Shown here: positions 25,706-41,904 of the stretch, piece by piece
Numbering within the stretch: position 1 is the first letter of the stretch
Layout: every line of letters begins with the position of its first letter
DNA from: Felis catus
Lineage: Eukaryota
Direction: 5' to 3'
Length of the DNA: 64,000 nt
NCBI RefSeq assembly: GCF_018350175.1
Contig: NC_058373.1
Span: 113,276,001-113,340,000 of the forward strand
Made by a program: the position numbers and the translations under genes
Notes under the pieces: model-generated
Seen by the model: the letters and a program-made list of their open reading frames with translations, nothing else
The model's database searches: none
Told to the model about the DNA's origin: nothing

Positions 25706-26281
25706 AAGCCAGACCCAGAAGCACATACTGTGTAATTCCATTTAGACAAAAATGGGCACCACTAAGCCAATGTGTGGAGGGTGCATACTTCGATGATGAA
25801 ACCCGGAAAGCAAGGAAGTGAGTCTCATATACCTAGAAGAGCGGTTGCCTTTGTAGGAAGGGAGAAACACATGGCCAGGAAAGGGCAATTTGTTGTTGAC
25901 AGTGCTGGCAGATTCCTGTTTCTTGACCTGTGTGGTGATCACATGAGTAGTCACTTCACAGTCATTTGTTAAGCTGTTCATTGATGTGATATGTAGTTTT
26001 CTGTGTATTACATTTCACATTTTTTTTTTTTTAAAGAGGTTAAAATATCTAGAAAAGGTGCAGGGGCTGCCAAATAGACTTCTGTCTCAACCCAAACTGG
26101 TTAGCACAGAGGAAGGGGGTAGGTCAGGGCTCCCTGGGAGGGTCAGCCCTGGATTACTGGGGCACCAAGTGTTCTTTTTTCAAAGATTTGATCTTAAAAA
26201 AGGATTTTGAATCTTATTTTGAATTCTATGCCTGAACCTGTAGGTTGAGTATTCTAAATCTTTATTTTTCTTTTTGGGCAG

Positions 26282-26363
26282 CTTGAGATGGAGAATCAGC
26301 ACCTGAGGAGCAGTAATCAGCAGTTGGTAGAGCAGGTGGGAGCCCTTCAAGATGCTCTAGAAG
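26282..26363 (+). CDS. PLEKHH1: PLEKHH1 coding exon 5 (LEMENQHLRSSNQQLVEQVGALQDALE)
   Basis: tttttgggcag| ... AAG|gtcagt; 82 nt, ends phase 1. Confidence 0.93.
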
Positions 26364-26483
26364 GTCAGTAGGCCGGGCTTTGTGTGTGTATGTGCGTGCG
26401 TGCATGCGCACACGTGTGTGTGTTAGGGCGTGGGCCGAACCCGAGGGAGCTCTCAATATGCCTGTTTTTCACCCCAACCACAG

Positions 26484-27244
26484 CTCTTCAGATGGCACCT
26501 TCGGGAAAGTTGTTGGTGGCCCCCCAGGAAACCCCAGAGCAGGATTCTAGCTCTTCGGGGCCAGGGACCCAGCCGACAGGGCAGGACCGTGGTCCTCAGG
26601 CCCAGGGTGCCCTGAAGGCAGCTATGCCTGCACCTTCTACAGGTGCTCTGCAGAGCAAGGACTGTGTTCCTAAAGCAGGAATTTCCTTGGAGGATTCGAG
26701 TTCCATCATGGTCCATCCTGGAGAAATATCAGAGGCCAAGACCTTTCCGCCTCGTCTGGGAAGAGAGGGCTCTCCCCGCCGGCTGTGTGTGAAGTCTCGC
26801 ACCCACAGACATGGTTCAGCTTCCTGGGGTGAGGGCCTGGTCATTGCTCAGGGTGGGACACTCCCTGGGACAAAGAACTCTGCCAGGGAAGCTGGTCCGG
26901 GCTGCAGCCTGACTCTCCCGAAGGTGCGGGCCCCCAGCAACCCCCGGGACAGCATCCAGCTGGCCAAGCGGCACCACAGCCAGCCCCAGGTGGGCCCTGG
27001 GCCCTTCAACCACGTGGTGAGCATTGAGGTTGGGACCCTCTCAGCCCTCCACCCCTCCAGCCTTCCTGAGGTGGAGGCCCGAGCTGAGCTCCGGGAGGAA
27101 CCAGAAAACATGGAGATGGAGGAGCAACCCCCAGCCGGGAGGAAGGAGGAAAGAAAGAGCCCGAAGGCCCCCAGAGCTGAGCCGGAGGAAGTGGATTTGG
27201 GCAACAAACCTCCCACACCCCCTCTGCACCGGTTTCCATCCTGG
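26484..27244 (+). CDS. PLEKHH1: PLEKHH1 coding exon 6, large Pro/Ser-rich linker ending KPPTPPLHRFPSW
   Basis: ccacag| ... TGG|gtaaga; 761 nt; matches ORF 26384..27325. Confidence 0.94.
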
Positions 27245-30200
27245 GTAAGAGGCACAACCTGGGAGCTGGGCAGAGCGGCAGAGCTGCTCATGAAGCACAG
27301 CCTCATGCCTTCACGCCAAATGTGAGATGAGGCTCTCATCCTCACGGCCAACCGGCAGGGGGTGGGGCCAGGAGTGACTGGATGGTGGCTGGCTGTCATT
27401 TAGGAGCCTGTGCCACGCACCAAACCGGGCGCTTTGTGCACATTTTCTCATTTAATCTCCGCGACCCTTTGAGGTGGTGCAGTGCCGTGGTGAAGAGCAC
27501 AGGTGCCAGAATCAAACCACTAGGGTTGAAGTGCTAACCGCGTCACCTGAGCTAGTTACTAAACCTGTGCGCCTCGGTTTCCCTATCTGTTACGGGGGGA
27601 TAATAGTACTTCCCTTACCAGGCTGTGGTGAGGGTTGAATGTGCTAGCAGGTGCCTGCGGTGATGGTTCACAGTAAGTGTTGGCCGTGATTGTTATTTCC
27701 GAGCCTTAGCTTCCTTACTTGTAACACTGGATAAGAGAAGGTGATGTCTGGGGGCATTGCCTCAGAATCGATGATCTGGCGTGGGGAACACCGAGGAGAC
27801 AAGACCAGCCGTGCATTAATCTTTACAGAGCTGGGTGATGGCTACATGAGGTCATTCTTTATTCTCTTCATTCCACTTTTGTGTCTGTTTGGCATTTTCC
27901 ACGATAAACAGTTAAAATAAAAATGGGGGGCGGTGGGTGGACATGAATGAGGTTGTATAGGGAGTGTGGAGGATGAGATGAGATACTGGGTGTCGAGTGT
28001 GTAGCTCAGGGCCCAGCACGTGTGCAGGACCCTGTGTGAGGAGTCAGGTGCTGTTCCTCTTACAGATGGAAAACTGCTTTCCCCACAGACTTAGTTACTT
28101 GCCCAAGGTCATGTAGCAGTCAGTGAGGAGCCAGGCTTTAAATGTGGGCTCCGCTGCCTCCAGAGCCCAGCTCTCACCTTCCAGCTGTACTGCCTCTTAG
28201 GGGACATCACAGTGCAGATGTCAGCTTCTTACTCATGCTTGGACCCCTGGATGCGTGTGAGGCAGGTGGTAGGAGACGTCTGAGTGTCAGGCTCCTGGCA
28301 GCACAGGGAGCAGGGTACGGGGGTGGCGGTTGGGTACTTCAGGGCGATACCACCTTACACCACTGTTCGGAGAACCGCCTTTTCAGCAGCATCTTCCGGG
28401 GTCTTCTTTTGAAATGCTGGTGGTCCGGGGAGCCTCAGCACCCCAGGCGTATGGGTCACATCCTTAGCAGTGCTTGCTGGCCAGCACTGATCACTGCAAG
28501 GGGGCCTGATAGCTGCAGACACAGCCATGCCTGGGAATGGGGCCTCTGGGGAGGGCTAGGACAGTCTTCAGGCCATATGCTGCTGACCTGTCCCTGAAGC
28601 TCCAGGATCATGGGAACATCACACAAGGCACCTCCCCAAGAGGAAGGGTGAGGTAGAGGGGAGAAGAAGGAGTGGGGAGAGAAGGAGCAAAGGGGTGGGC
28701 AGGGTAACAGTGGAGAGGATGTTGGAAAGGAGGGCAGGGCCAGGCCAGGCTGGACCACCGCAGACCGTCCCTCCTCTTTTTCGTTATTGTCTGGTAACTA
28801 CAAATGCGCTAGAATCCAAAAGCAGAGGCAGGCAGTGAGGGAGCATTTGGGCAAGGGATGTGACAAGAGGGCTTAGCAGGTGTTACCAGAAAAACATGCT
28901 GCTCACTTTTGCCATTTTTGCCAAAATATAGCCGTCCACCGTGATGGCTCAGAGCAGTTCTTGTGTTCTGCCTGTACAGGTTAAGAGGGTGTTGGGGGGA
29001 GGAGGAGAGTGACACAAGAGGAAAAGGGAGTGAATATAAGATGCTCTGGACAACATTTTCCCCATGTGAACATCAGGGAAGCTCTGGGGATGAAGGTTTG
29101 AAGGGGTATCAGGTGTTCCCACAGGCCCTCCCTGCTCTCAGCTGGGTCCTGGGGACCCAGCAGTCGGCCATACCAGCCTACAGAGGAGCTGTCTCCTGTT
29201 CACAGCCCTCATTGTAACTTGCTCCCAAGAAACACAAGATAGGTGCCTACCCTCTCTTCTCAGGTGGGACCACCTGGGCAGTGGCCGTCTGAGAGGAAAT
29301 CAAGACTAGAAATTGGAAATTGAGAGGGCATTTCTCAGGGGAAGGAGGCAAATATACTGATTCACCAATTCAGGCATGCAGAGCCATTTTTCTGTTGATT
29401 CTCAAAACAACCTTGTGAGTGAGGCAGTCAGTTGATAACTTTTGTGAAACACTCCCAAGTCTGTTTTACCCAAATCCCTCAAGCTTTGCTTACATTCTGT
29501 CTGTGAAGTTAAAGGAATTCCGTGACCAGGACTGGCAGGACCAGTCTCTTCCTGGGATCCCCTTTCTCACCACCCTGTCTCTTTCCTTCCCATCCCTCTG
29601 CTCAGCTCAGGGGAGGTCCCACCCAGCCCTCTCTCCCCCACGTGCCCCAGAGCTGCTGCTCCTCTCTGGGGGACATCCCACTAGCACCTCATGGCCCTTC
29701 CAGCCCCAGTCCCGCTGCCTCCCTGAGCCAGCCAGGCCCACCTTCCCTAGTCCTTGTGACTTTCCTGTCACCTGAGAAGGTCTTTGTTTCTCTTTGCCTT
29801 GAGTGGAGAAAAGAGATCTGGAAAAGCACAGGCAGAGCCTCTGGGTTGTTTGATCAAAACCGTTAGGAAAGCTCCTTAGGCCTGTGGGCCTCTTTCAGAC
29901 CCAGGAACGCCAAGGAGTAAAGGAGAACTTGAGGGTGAGGGTTCTCATCGATGTGTCTTCTACAGCGGGATTCAGGGTCCAGGTGAGCTTAAGACAAGCT
30001 TTGCATGTTGGGCCTAACCACGAACGTAACGTTGTTAGTGTTGGAAAAAATTGTGTCCTAGCTTCCAAACAACTGGCTTACAAAAGGGCATGCCTTTGCC
30101 ATGGGGCTCTGACTTCCTCATTATCAACACTCCAGCTTCCAGGGGTGAGAGCCAGAGACCCAAGACCTCTAAAATGGGTAAGATGCAGAGAAACAGGTCA

Positions 30201-30522
30201 CTGACCCTCTCCTCTTGAACTTCTTGTGTGGAGACAAGAGAAGAACTGAGTATCTGTTGGACGCTGATTATATTCCAGGTGTTAGATGTTTCCATTAATG
30301 ACTTTATTTGATTTTTGTAACAGCCTGACAGGTGAGTATTATCTCCACTTCAGAGCTGAGGAAAAGGAAGCTCAAATATAACTTGCCTAGGATTACCCCA
30401 GCTGTAATTGGCCAAACGTGGATGTGGACCTAGGTCCACAGCCATCCTTTTACCTCCACACCCAGGAGGTGCTGGGCTGGGCACAGAGCTGGACTCTGAC
30501 CCTCTGGGGTCTTCCATTCCAG

Positions 30523-30601
30523 GAGAGCCGGATCTACGCGGTGGCTATGGCTGGCATGCGGCTCTCAGACGTATCTCCCAGAACTATTGCCACCTGTTGC
30601 G
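30523..30601 (+). CDS. PLEKHH1: PLEKHH1 coding exon 7 (ESRIYAVAMAGMRLSDVSPRTIATCC)
   Basis: ttccag| ... G|gtgagt; 79 nt. Confidence 0.93.
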
Positions 30602-31246
30602 GTGAGTCCCAAGTGAGCCCCAAATGGTAGACAGGGTGGGCATGCAGGGAGAAGACTCTGAGTAACACTCTGAGGGCCACCTGGTGCTCCATCCAGGCAC
30701 CCTGTTCCCTCCCCCAACAGGTGAGGTTCAGTGAAATCACAGCCAGGGCTAAGGGAAAAGGAAGCTGTGCAGACAGGAGTTGCTCATTACATGCCGAGTG
30801 GGCGTGGCCTTGAACACCAATTACAGAGCTGGAGGAGACGTTAGAGGCGGGATCCTCCAGCCCAGCCTCCCACCTGCACTGGCTTCCCCTCTGTAGCACC
30901 CAGGACTGGGAGGGGGCGGGACATCTCCCCTGTGCCTTGATTTAGATGAGCCCCCTGAAGCAACCGCATCCCCGCCCTCTGGCTCCTGAGTCACTAGCCA
31001 GCCACTGAATCCCCACAGTGATGTGAGGGCTCCGTAGTCTCATGGTTGGTAACTCACACGAGTGGGACTGAAGAAATTCTCAGCCCCATGCTGAGGATTG
31101 CCACCCTACCTGTCACCTGGAGTGCTCTTTCAAAGAACTCTCTCCATGGATCTCCTCCTCAGTCTGCCCAGGTCTCTGCTACCGCAGGCTCCTGAGTGAG
31201 TTATGGCATCTGAGTTAAACTCATCCTTCTTTTCCACCCCCTCTAG

Positions 31247-31338
31247 CTTCAAGCCCTCCTGCCCTTGCGTCCCCTGGGCCTTTCTCTGGCCTTGTCTACA
31301 AGAATGTCACCGTGCCTGTCTACACAGCCCTGAAGGGG
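31247..31338 (+). CDS. PLEKHH1: PLEKHH1 coding exon 8 (ASSPPALASPGPFSGLVYKNVTVPVYTALKG)
   Basis: ccctctag| ... GGG|gtaaga; 92 nt, restores phase 0. Confidence 0.93.
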
Positions 31339-31875
31339 GTAAGAAGCTGCTATCCGAGGAGGGGGTGTGCCATCCGGGAGGCCCCATTCATTCAGTGGGG
31401 CTCTAGGGTCAGGCTTCTGCACACACGTGACTCTGGGCAGGGAGCTCAGCACCCATATATATGTAATTTTATTATTTATTATATCTTAATTATAAAACTT
31501 GTATGTTTACAAAAACTTGAATCCATATGATCATGGGCAAAGTGGAAGGTTAAAGTGAGGCCTATGCCTGCTCCACCTCTCCTACCCATCTTTTCACACG
31601 TCTGTCCCGGGAGGACTTCTTCCAGAACTTCTCGTATGTGTTCAAACGTATATTCCTATGTGTACACTCATAACATCTCTATATATTTTTCTTTGAGTAT
31701 AGTTGGCACACAATATTACATTAATTTCATATCTATGTATTTTTTTTTTTAACAAAAATCAGGTTTAACTGCAACATAAAGTTTTCATACACATTTTTCT
31801 CTTCCTTTTGTTATTGGTTTTTGAGATCAAGATAGTAATACTTTGTAAAACTTTTTATAGAAGAATCAGAAAGCT

Positions 31876-32072
31876 GAGGCACCTGGGTGGCTCAGTTGGT
31901 TAAGCTTTCCACTTCGGCTCAGGTCATGATCTCATGGTTTGTGGGTTCAAGCCCCACATCGGGCTCTGTGCTGATAGCCTGGAGTCTGCTTCAGATTCTG
32001 TGTCTCCCTCTCTTTCTTCCCTCCCCCACTTGTGCTCTGTCTCTCTCAAAAATGAACATTAAAAAAAAAGAG
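31876..32072 (+). mobile_element. Can-SINE within antisense old L1 fragments (~31460-32640)
   Basis: ggcacctgggtggctcag head; flanking tgttgcaatgaacatc...ttccataggacagaattttagaggtgaaatt. Confidence 0.85.
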
Positions 32073-32731
32073 AGAAAGCCAAAAGTGAAATCTTCTTTCA
32101 CATTGCTTCTCCCTAATTCTTCACTCCAGAGGCAGCTATCATTAATGTTTATTCTGTGAGGCCTTCTTATGCATCTGCAAATATCTTCTGTGTCTGTGTC
32201 TCTGTCACACGCATGCTTGCACGCAGCGGGGATCATATTACACACGTCCTACCCTTTGTTCACACTCCCATGTTCCTGCTATACCTCCATGCACAGCTCT
32301 GCTTCCTCTTTTAGGGCTATCTGGTACCCCTTGGTACAGATGCCCCATAGCCACCTTAACCTGTCCTCCACTGATTGACAGTTTAGGTCTTCTGTTTTTC
32401 TCTAAAATCAGTGTTGCAATGAACATCAATGTGCAGATATATCTCCGTGCACTTACATATAATGTATACGTACTTCCATAGGACAGAATTTTAGAGGTGA
32501 AATTTATGGGCAAATGATATGCATATTTTAAATTTTGGCAGGTTGTACGAAATTACCTTCTGAGAGGTTCTATCACACTACGGAATATCTTTTCCCCCAC
32601 ACTTTCACCAACATTGAAATGGTCTTTTTAAATGTTTGCCCACTGAGATGGCCTCTTGTTTCCTTATCCCCACACGTTTTTAAATCTCCTGTCTCACACT
32701 TGGCCCATGGAGTGGCATTCTGGACTCCTAG

Positions 32732-33494
<763 letters not shown>

Positions 33495-34431
33495 TGAGTC
33501 CGGGCAGGGTGGGAGCAGATCCCTGTGAGATGAGGGCTCCCAGGGGAATGGTGAGGGCTGGGGCAGAGGGCTGCAACAGATGTGAGGCCCCGAGGAGTGG
33601 ACCGGGCGGTGGGGGGGGGGGTGTGCAGCTATGAAATCAAGTACACACAGACCCTGTGAGGAAGGAGAAGGAGCCTGGTGAGCTCCTTAGCAAACCAGGG
33701 CTGGCCAGTGGGAAAGCACACTGTGGCTCACTGAGTTACTTCGTTTTAAACCCATGCTGGCCCTGGAACGCTGAGAGCTGAGTTCTTCCAGTGTGCCAGG
33801 CACCATGCTCAGTGCTCTTCGTGCCCGGTCTCGTGTGTCCTCACCATCCTCTCAGAGCCGTTAACCCCATTTTACAGATAAGAAGACTGAGGCTCAGAGC
33901 CGTGCCACAGACCCACATCACTCACTCCCCAGTGCTTGTCCCACACCACCGTGCCACTGTGTCTTCATCTCCCCTCTGCCCCAACCTGGCTGATGTGCCC
34001 CTTGTTCCCCAAACCTCGCTCTCCCTTCCTGCTGCCTGCAATAGCCTTTTCCTCTTGGCTTGTCTTTGAAGGAAAGCTGACTTTTCCTTCCAGGGCCGGT
34101 CCAGATTTGGCTCTTCCCAAAGCCCTTCCTGGCCATTCTCTCCCTCATGCAGCCCCTGGTCTGCCACCTTCTCACAGTCAGGTGTTGTCTTCCCCAGCCA
34201 GCAGGACCCTTCCACAGCGGGACCACCTTTGCTTTAGGCTAGTTCTGTTTGAACCCTTAGCAGGGCATGGTACCCTGAAAATATATATAGTAGGTACTCA
34301 AGAATTGGTTTTTAATTGATGACAAAGCAGTGACTCAACTGGGCCATTTTGTCCTGTATGACATCTACAAACCCAAGTGATTGCCTTTTTCTGTCTCCCC
34401 CTCTTCCCCCTATACCCTCCCACCCCCATAG

Positions 34432-34644
<213 letters not shown>

Positions 34645-35473
34645 TAGGTTTGGCAGGTGGGGAGAGGCGACCTGGCTGGGCACCCAAGGCTTTGAGCCTT
34701 ACATGGGGCCATGAGGCTGGTTCCTGGTTCTTGGAGTCAAATCAGGCACAGAACAAAGGCAGTTCTAGATGAGTTGGCTGGGTGATTCCTTCTTACTTCA
34801 GAAACTGATTTCTCCTAATGCCTGGTCCTGTAAAAGAAACTGTTCGCAGGCTGCCCTCACATCATCTGGGTTGTCCTAACAGAATGCATTACCTCTTCCA
34901 CCTCCTTCCTGTACAGTTTGGAATTAGGAAGCCTTGGATGTTGGGCTCCAGTTTGACAAGACATCCCTGGGGAACCAACAGTAATGTTTTCAGGAAGGCA
35001 AAAGGACAGTGTCTCTTGTGCAACTCCAGCTGATTGTCCGTGGCTGTCTGAACACCATGTTGAGGATACTGGGCCTGTATCACTCAATGAGTAGTTATGC
35101 TGTGACTGATTAGTAAGGTGTGCAGGCACACTGGGAAGGGTAATGGGGATATATTTGCCACTTATTTCCACACTTGGTTTAAAGGCTGTGATAGAATTTA
35201 AAGGTTCTATAGCTCTGTAATAACCTGGTGGCTTCTGACCCAGTTTTAAAGGCTCAATCTATGCTTTTTGAGGCCTGGGTTAGGATCCATGTCTCTAATC
35301 ATTGCTCCATTTAGCTAGAACTGGGATCCAGAACAAGTTACCCATCATACCACAGCCCAGGAAAGCTTAGGAATCACTTTCCCCTCTGCCTGTGGCCTGG
35401 AGTAAGATCTGAAAGGAGAATGATGTGCTCTGAGAAGACTCATACCATTTTCCTCCCCATTCCTGTCTTACAG

Positions 35474-35560
35474 AGTGATGTCATCCGGAAACCTCAAGGT
35501 CAAGTGGAACTGAATTCCCGTTGCCAAATTGTTCGAGGGGAGGGTGCACAGACATTCCAG
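35474..35560 (+). CDS. PLEKHH1: PLEKHH1 coding exon 12, PH1 (SDVIRKPQGQVELNSRCQIVRGEGAQTFQ)
   Basis: cttacag| ... CAG|gtgggc; 87 nt. Confidence 0.94.
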
Positions 35561-35757
35561 GTGGGCGTTGCTAGCAGCTAGGATTTTAGACTCAAGAGGT
35601 GCTAAGTTTGGCTATGACTATGATAGAGACAAAGATGAGGCAAAATGAGCATGTGTGAAAGACATCACATCCACATTTGGATGTGATCCTAATTTGTGAG
35701 TACTGGGAAGGAAGAAGAGACAGAGTGAAGGTAAGAGAGACCGGGAGAAAACAATAA

Positions 35758-36198
<441 letters not shown>

Positions 36199-36383
36199 TG
36201 AAAACAGAGACCAGAGTTGTTAGCACAACAATTATCATCTAGACAGGAGGGAAAGGAATGTCTTGTACCTATTTCAAGGTTATTAGGAGTTGCTGCCCAT
36301 CCCTGCCTGCATCTACCGTGCCTCAGTATGCATAGTGGGAGGGTGTGATGTAGGTGTGGCCCTTCAAAGACAGAACATCCCAG

Positions 36384-36616
36384 GGGCGCCTGGGTGGCGC
36401 AGTCGGTTAAGTGTCCGACTTCAGCCAGGTCACGATCTCGCGGTCCGTGAGTTCGAGCCCCGCGTCGGGCTCTGGGCTGATGGCTCAGAGCCTGGAGCCT
36501 GTTTCCGATTCTGTGTCTCCCTCTCTCTCTGCCCCTCCCCCGTTCATGCTCTGTCTCTCTCTGTCCCAAAAATAAATAAACGTTGAAAAAAAAAAAACAA
36601 AAAAAAACAAAAAAAA
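36384..36616 (+). mobile_element. Young felid Can-SINE, perfect 19-bp TSD caaagacagaacatcccag
   Basis: TSD 36365-36383 / 36617-36635; CpG-rich body; (AnC)n tail. Confidence 0.96.
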
Positions 36617-37255
36617 CAAAGACAGAACATCCCAGACCTGCCCTAAAGGTGTTTGAGGTAGGGCTTTTCTGGCTATGAGAAGCAGAGTTCCTGTTAACCC
36701 CAAGAAAATGGAAGTTAACAAGGAAGCACATTAACTAGATGAGAACGCCATCAGGAAGCAAGGCCCCTCGTATGAGCAAGCTCAGCAGTCTTGGCTCTGT
36801 CTCTGCGTCTGCTTCCCCTTTCATTCTGTGCTCCTGTCACTCTCCTCTGTCTGTTGTGCACTTGCTGTTCCCTAGTGATTTATGTGTTAGCACCAGGGGT
36901 GTTAGCATCCCATGCCTGCCCTGGGTGGCCTTGCCCTCCCTCTCAACATCCATAGAGCTGACTAGCAAGTTCTTCCTGTGTCCATATGCTTGGAACAGGA
37001 CATCTGATTGGCCTGGTTAATCTTTTAACGGCATGTAGTGCAAGGGTGAGTGGGGTGTTACAGGGTACCCGCCGCGGACGTGTGCTGTGAAAGGGCTGGT
37101 TCTGTTAGTAGGGCGTCTGGGTGGCATCTCCACTAAGGACCTGAGTTGACCAGGGGTTTTGAGATCCGCCTCCCTGTGGCTTCTCTTTGCCAGTCCTGGA
37201 TTTACTTCTGGGATTACCTGGTTCTCACAATGCTGTCTTAATTTCTGTCTTCTAG

Positions 37256-37426
<171 letters not shown>

Positions 37427-37604
37427 TAATTCCACCACAAGCACAAAGCTAGCTGGTTGGATCCCTCTAGACTGAATGGCCCACAAATTCCACCTGTGGG
37501 GTCTATCTGTGCTTCACCAGGCAAGCCTCAGCCAGGGAGCTGTAGTTAACTTCCTCATCCCGTGACCAGGCCACATCTATGATGCCCAGCCCAGCAGGGA
37601 CTGA

Positions 37605-37898
<294 letters not shown>

Positions 37899-38254
37899 TG
37901 ATTCTTGTCTTCCCCTTTTCCTTTCTCAACCTCCCCAAATTCAAGTTTCTTTCCTTCTGGACATTTTGGCAACTAGTATTCATTCCCTGGTTGAACTATT
38001 CCTTATACTAAATTTACTCTCAGTGACCAGCATCTCTCCACTGGGGCCGTGAGATAGCACCTCAGGCGTAGAAACTTGGGTTCATGTTCACCTGATCCCA
38101 GGTCTTCCCTCTTAGAGACTGTTGGCTTGACTTGTGTCAGCCAAACTAGCCTAACTTTACCCTGAGCTTGACCCTTTCAAGGAAGCTTCTCTGGAGCTCT
38201 TGTCTCCATTCTTCCCACTCCAGTCTCATCAGATGGCTTTCCATCCCCTTCCAG

Positions 38255-38363
38255 GACACGTGGCTTTACCACCTCACGGTGGCTGCAGGTGGCAGCAGTG
38301 CCCGGGTTGGCACTGCCTATGAGCAGCTCATTGGGAAACTGATGGATGGGGAGGGAGACCCAG
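38255..38363 (+). CDS. PLEKHH1: PLEKHH1 coding exon 16 (DTWLYHLTVAAG...GEGDP)
   Basis: ccttccag| ... CAG|gtaagg; 109 nt. Confidence 0.94.
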
Positions 38364-39029
38364 GTAAGGCAACGGTGGCCGTCACTGCTTGGGTTGGAGG
38401 GTGGCGGCTGGGTAACGGTTGGTCAGAAACCCAAAGAAAGCATTTCTGTTAGCATTTATAGCAGCGTTTCTGAAGCTGTTGTAAAACCATCTAAGCCACA
38501 AAAGGGCATTCCCATCCACGCTCCAGAGCCCGTTTCTGGTGAGATTCTGAGGTGACCACTCTGTATCTGGGGGAGTTTATTTGGGAAGCAGACTTTCCAG
38601 TGGGTCAGTGTTTTACATTGTTCACTGCAGCTTTGCTGGCCGGGCAGAGAGTTGAGGAAGGAAGGAAGCTGGTTAAAAGTTTGTTAATGAATGAAGCCTA
38701 AACTGGGATTAGACTAACCTAAGCCTAGGGTATCACAGGGTCTTTATTTTGCTACTGATTCTCAGGACCCTGAGGAACTAATGGCACACGCCGCACACCC
38801 CTTCACTGCTCCTTGTGTGTTCCCCGCTGACAGGCACTGTCCATCCATACCTGACACTGCAGGGAGGGGCCTCTCCTGCACACACATGCTTGCACGCAGG
38901 TACCCACGGCCCCACACACTCACCCCCACTGCAGCCCCACGAAGAAGGCAGTAGCCACCTTCCTGTAAGCCGTGCTTGTGAGCGTGCTAGATGCAGTGTA
39001 CAACTGCATACCCCCCACTCTGCGGATGA

Positions 39030-39368
<339 letters not shown>

Positions 39369-39736
39369 TAGGGGGAGCTCACAGAAAGATCTGAATGGAA
39401 GGGAAAGAGTCCCACAGCTCCCCCCCGCCCCGACCCGCTGCCCCCCGCACAGTCAGTTATGGTGGGGAGGCATTCCTGGCTTCCTTGGGAAGTGCTGGTG
39501 AAACTCCCCCTGGAGGAACTCCCTTTCTCTTATAGTGAACAGCAGGAAAGGCCAGGTTTATGTTGCTTCTGGACCTCAGAGATTCTGACCTATTTTACAG
39601 TGTTCTTTGTGTCCATCTGAATGTCCTCTTTAAAAAAAAAAAAAATGTCTTGCTTATGTAACGGACACATTTGAAGAAGGATAGATTCTATCTCAGAGTA
39701 GCCTTCTCAGCAGGCAGACATGCTCTCAAGCGGTGA

Positions 39737-40084
<348 letters not shown>

Positions 40085-40419
40085 TGACGGGGCCATTGGC
40101 AGGGACTGCCCAGGAGCCGGGAAGGAGGAAGGAGGGAATGGAGCAGGTACCCTCTAGGCCTGGTGGCCAACGGGCAGCCTCAGTGCTCAAAGCTGCCTCA
40201 GTACACCTGCCTTCTCTGTGCCCCTTCTGGATGTCTGTGCATAGTCAGATTGGGTGACTGCCGTTCTGGACAAAGCCTGACCAGGATGGGCCATCCTGCC
40301 GTCCACACAAGGTGGGGGGCCCTGGTTTGGAGAGCACTGAAGCCTTGGTAGCTCAGGACTGTGAGGGCGGGCATTGCCGCAGACCCAGCACTCACCCCAT
40401 GCTGCTTGTTCCCTGGCAG

Positions 40420-40517
40420 TGCTGGCAGCTCCTGGCTCTGTGTGCCCCACTTTTCCTGCCTCAGCACCACTTCCTCTGGTACATCAAACAGCAGCTCCAG
40501 CGCCATGCAGATCCCAC
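40420..40517 (+). CDS. PLEKHH1: PLEKHH1 coding exon 19, MyTH4 (CWQLLALCAPLFLPQHHFLWY...)
   Basis: cctggcag| ... AC|gtgagt; 98 nt. Confidence 0.94.
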
Positions 40518-40924
40518 GTGAGTGAGGGTCCTTTCCTATGCCACTCTAGCGCTGCTGACGGTGGCATGGCGAAGAGGGACGGGGGGACCAAGATGGGTCA
40601 AATCACCCTGCCCCTGTGGTTTGCACAGGGGTCATGGAGACACGGAGACCTCAGTGCTGTGTGCACAGATGGGCATGTGGAGGCCTGGGCCGCTCTGCAC
40701 ACCAGTCTGTGTATGTGTGTTTTGTGGATGTGCTCACGTGAAGCTCCGGTGTCCCCAAGTCATCCCCACATTTTCGTGGTCTGTTGCCATGTTTTTCTGG
40801 CTTCCAGAGGAAAGATCTCTGCCAGCAATTTGCAGCACATAGGCCTTGAATGACAAATTAACACCCCAGACCAGAGTGTCACGTTTTTCACAGCCTGCCC
40901 AGCTGCGGATTCGGTCTTGGCTAG

Positions 40925-41275
<351 letters not shown>

Positions 41276-41463
41276 TAGGCTTGGCAGACTCTTAATAATA
41301 GGCAAACCAGCAGGATGGGCCTGGGGTGTGGAGGTGGGGGTGGGACCGTTACTCCCTGTGTGGAGGGAGAAAGGAGCTGGAACTCCAAAAGTGCTCTGCT
41401 GTTTGGCACCTGGGAAGTAGATCTTTAGAAACCACTGCACGAACGGGGAAGCTGAGACATTGA

Positions 41464-41904
<441 letters not shown>

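Noticed and set aside
26453..27399. Several overlapping minus-strand ORFs (up to 183 aa)
   Set aside because: Shadows of the GC-rich PLEKHH1 exon 6
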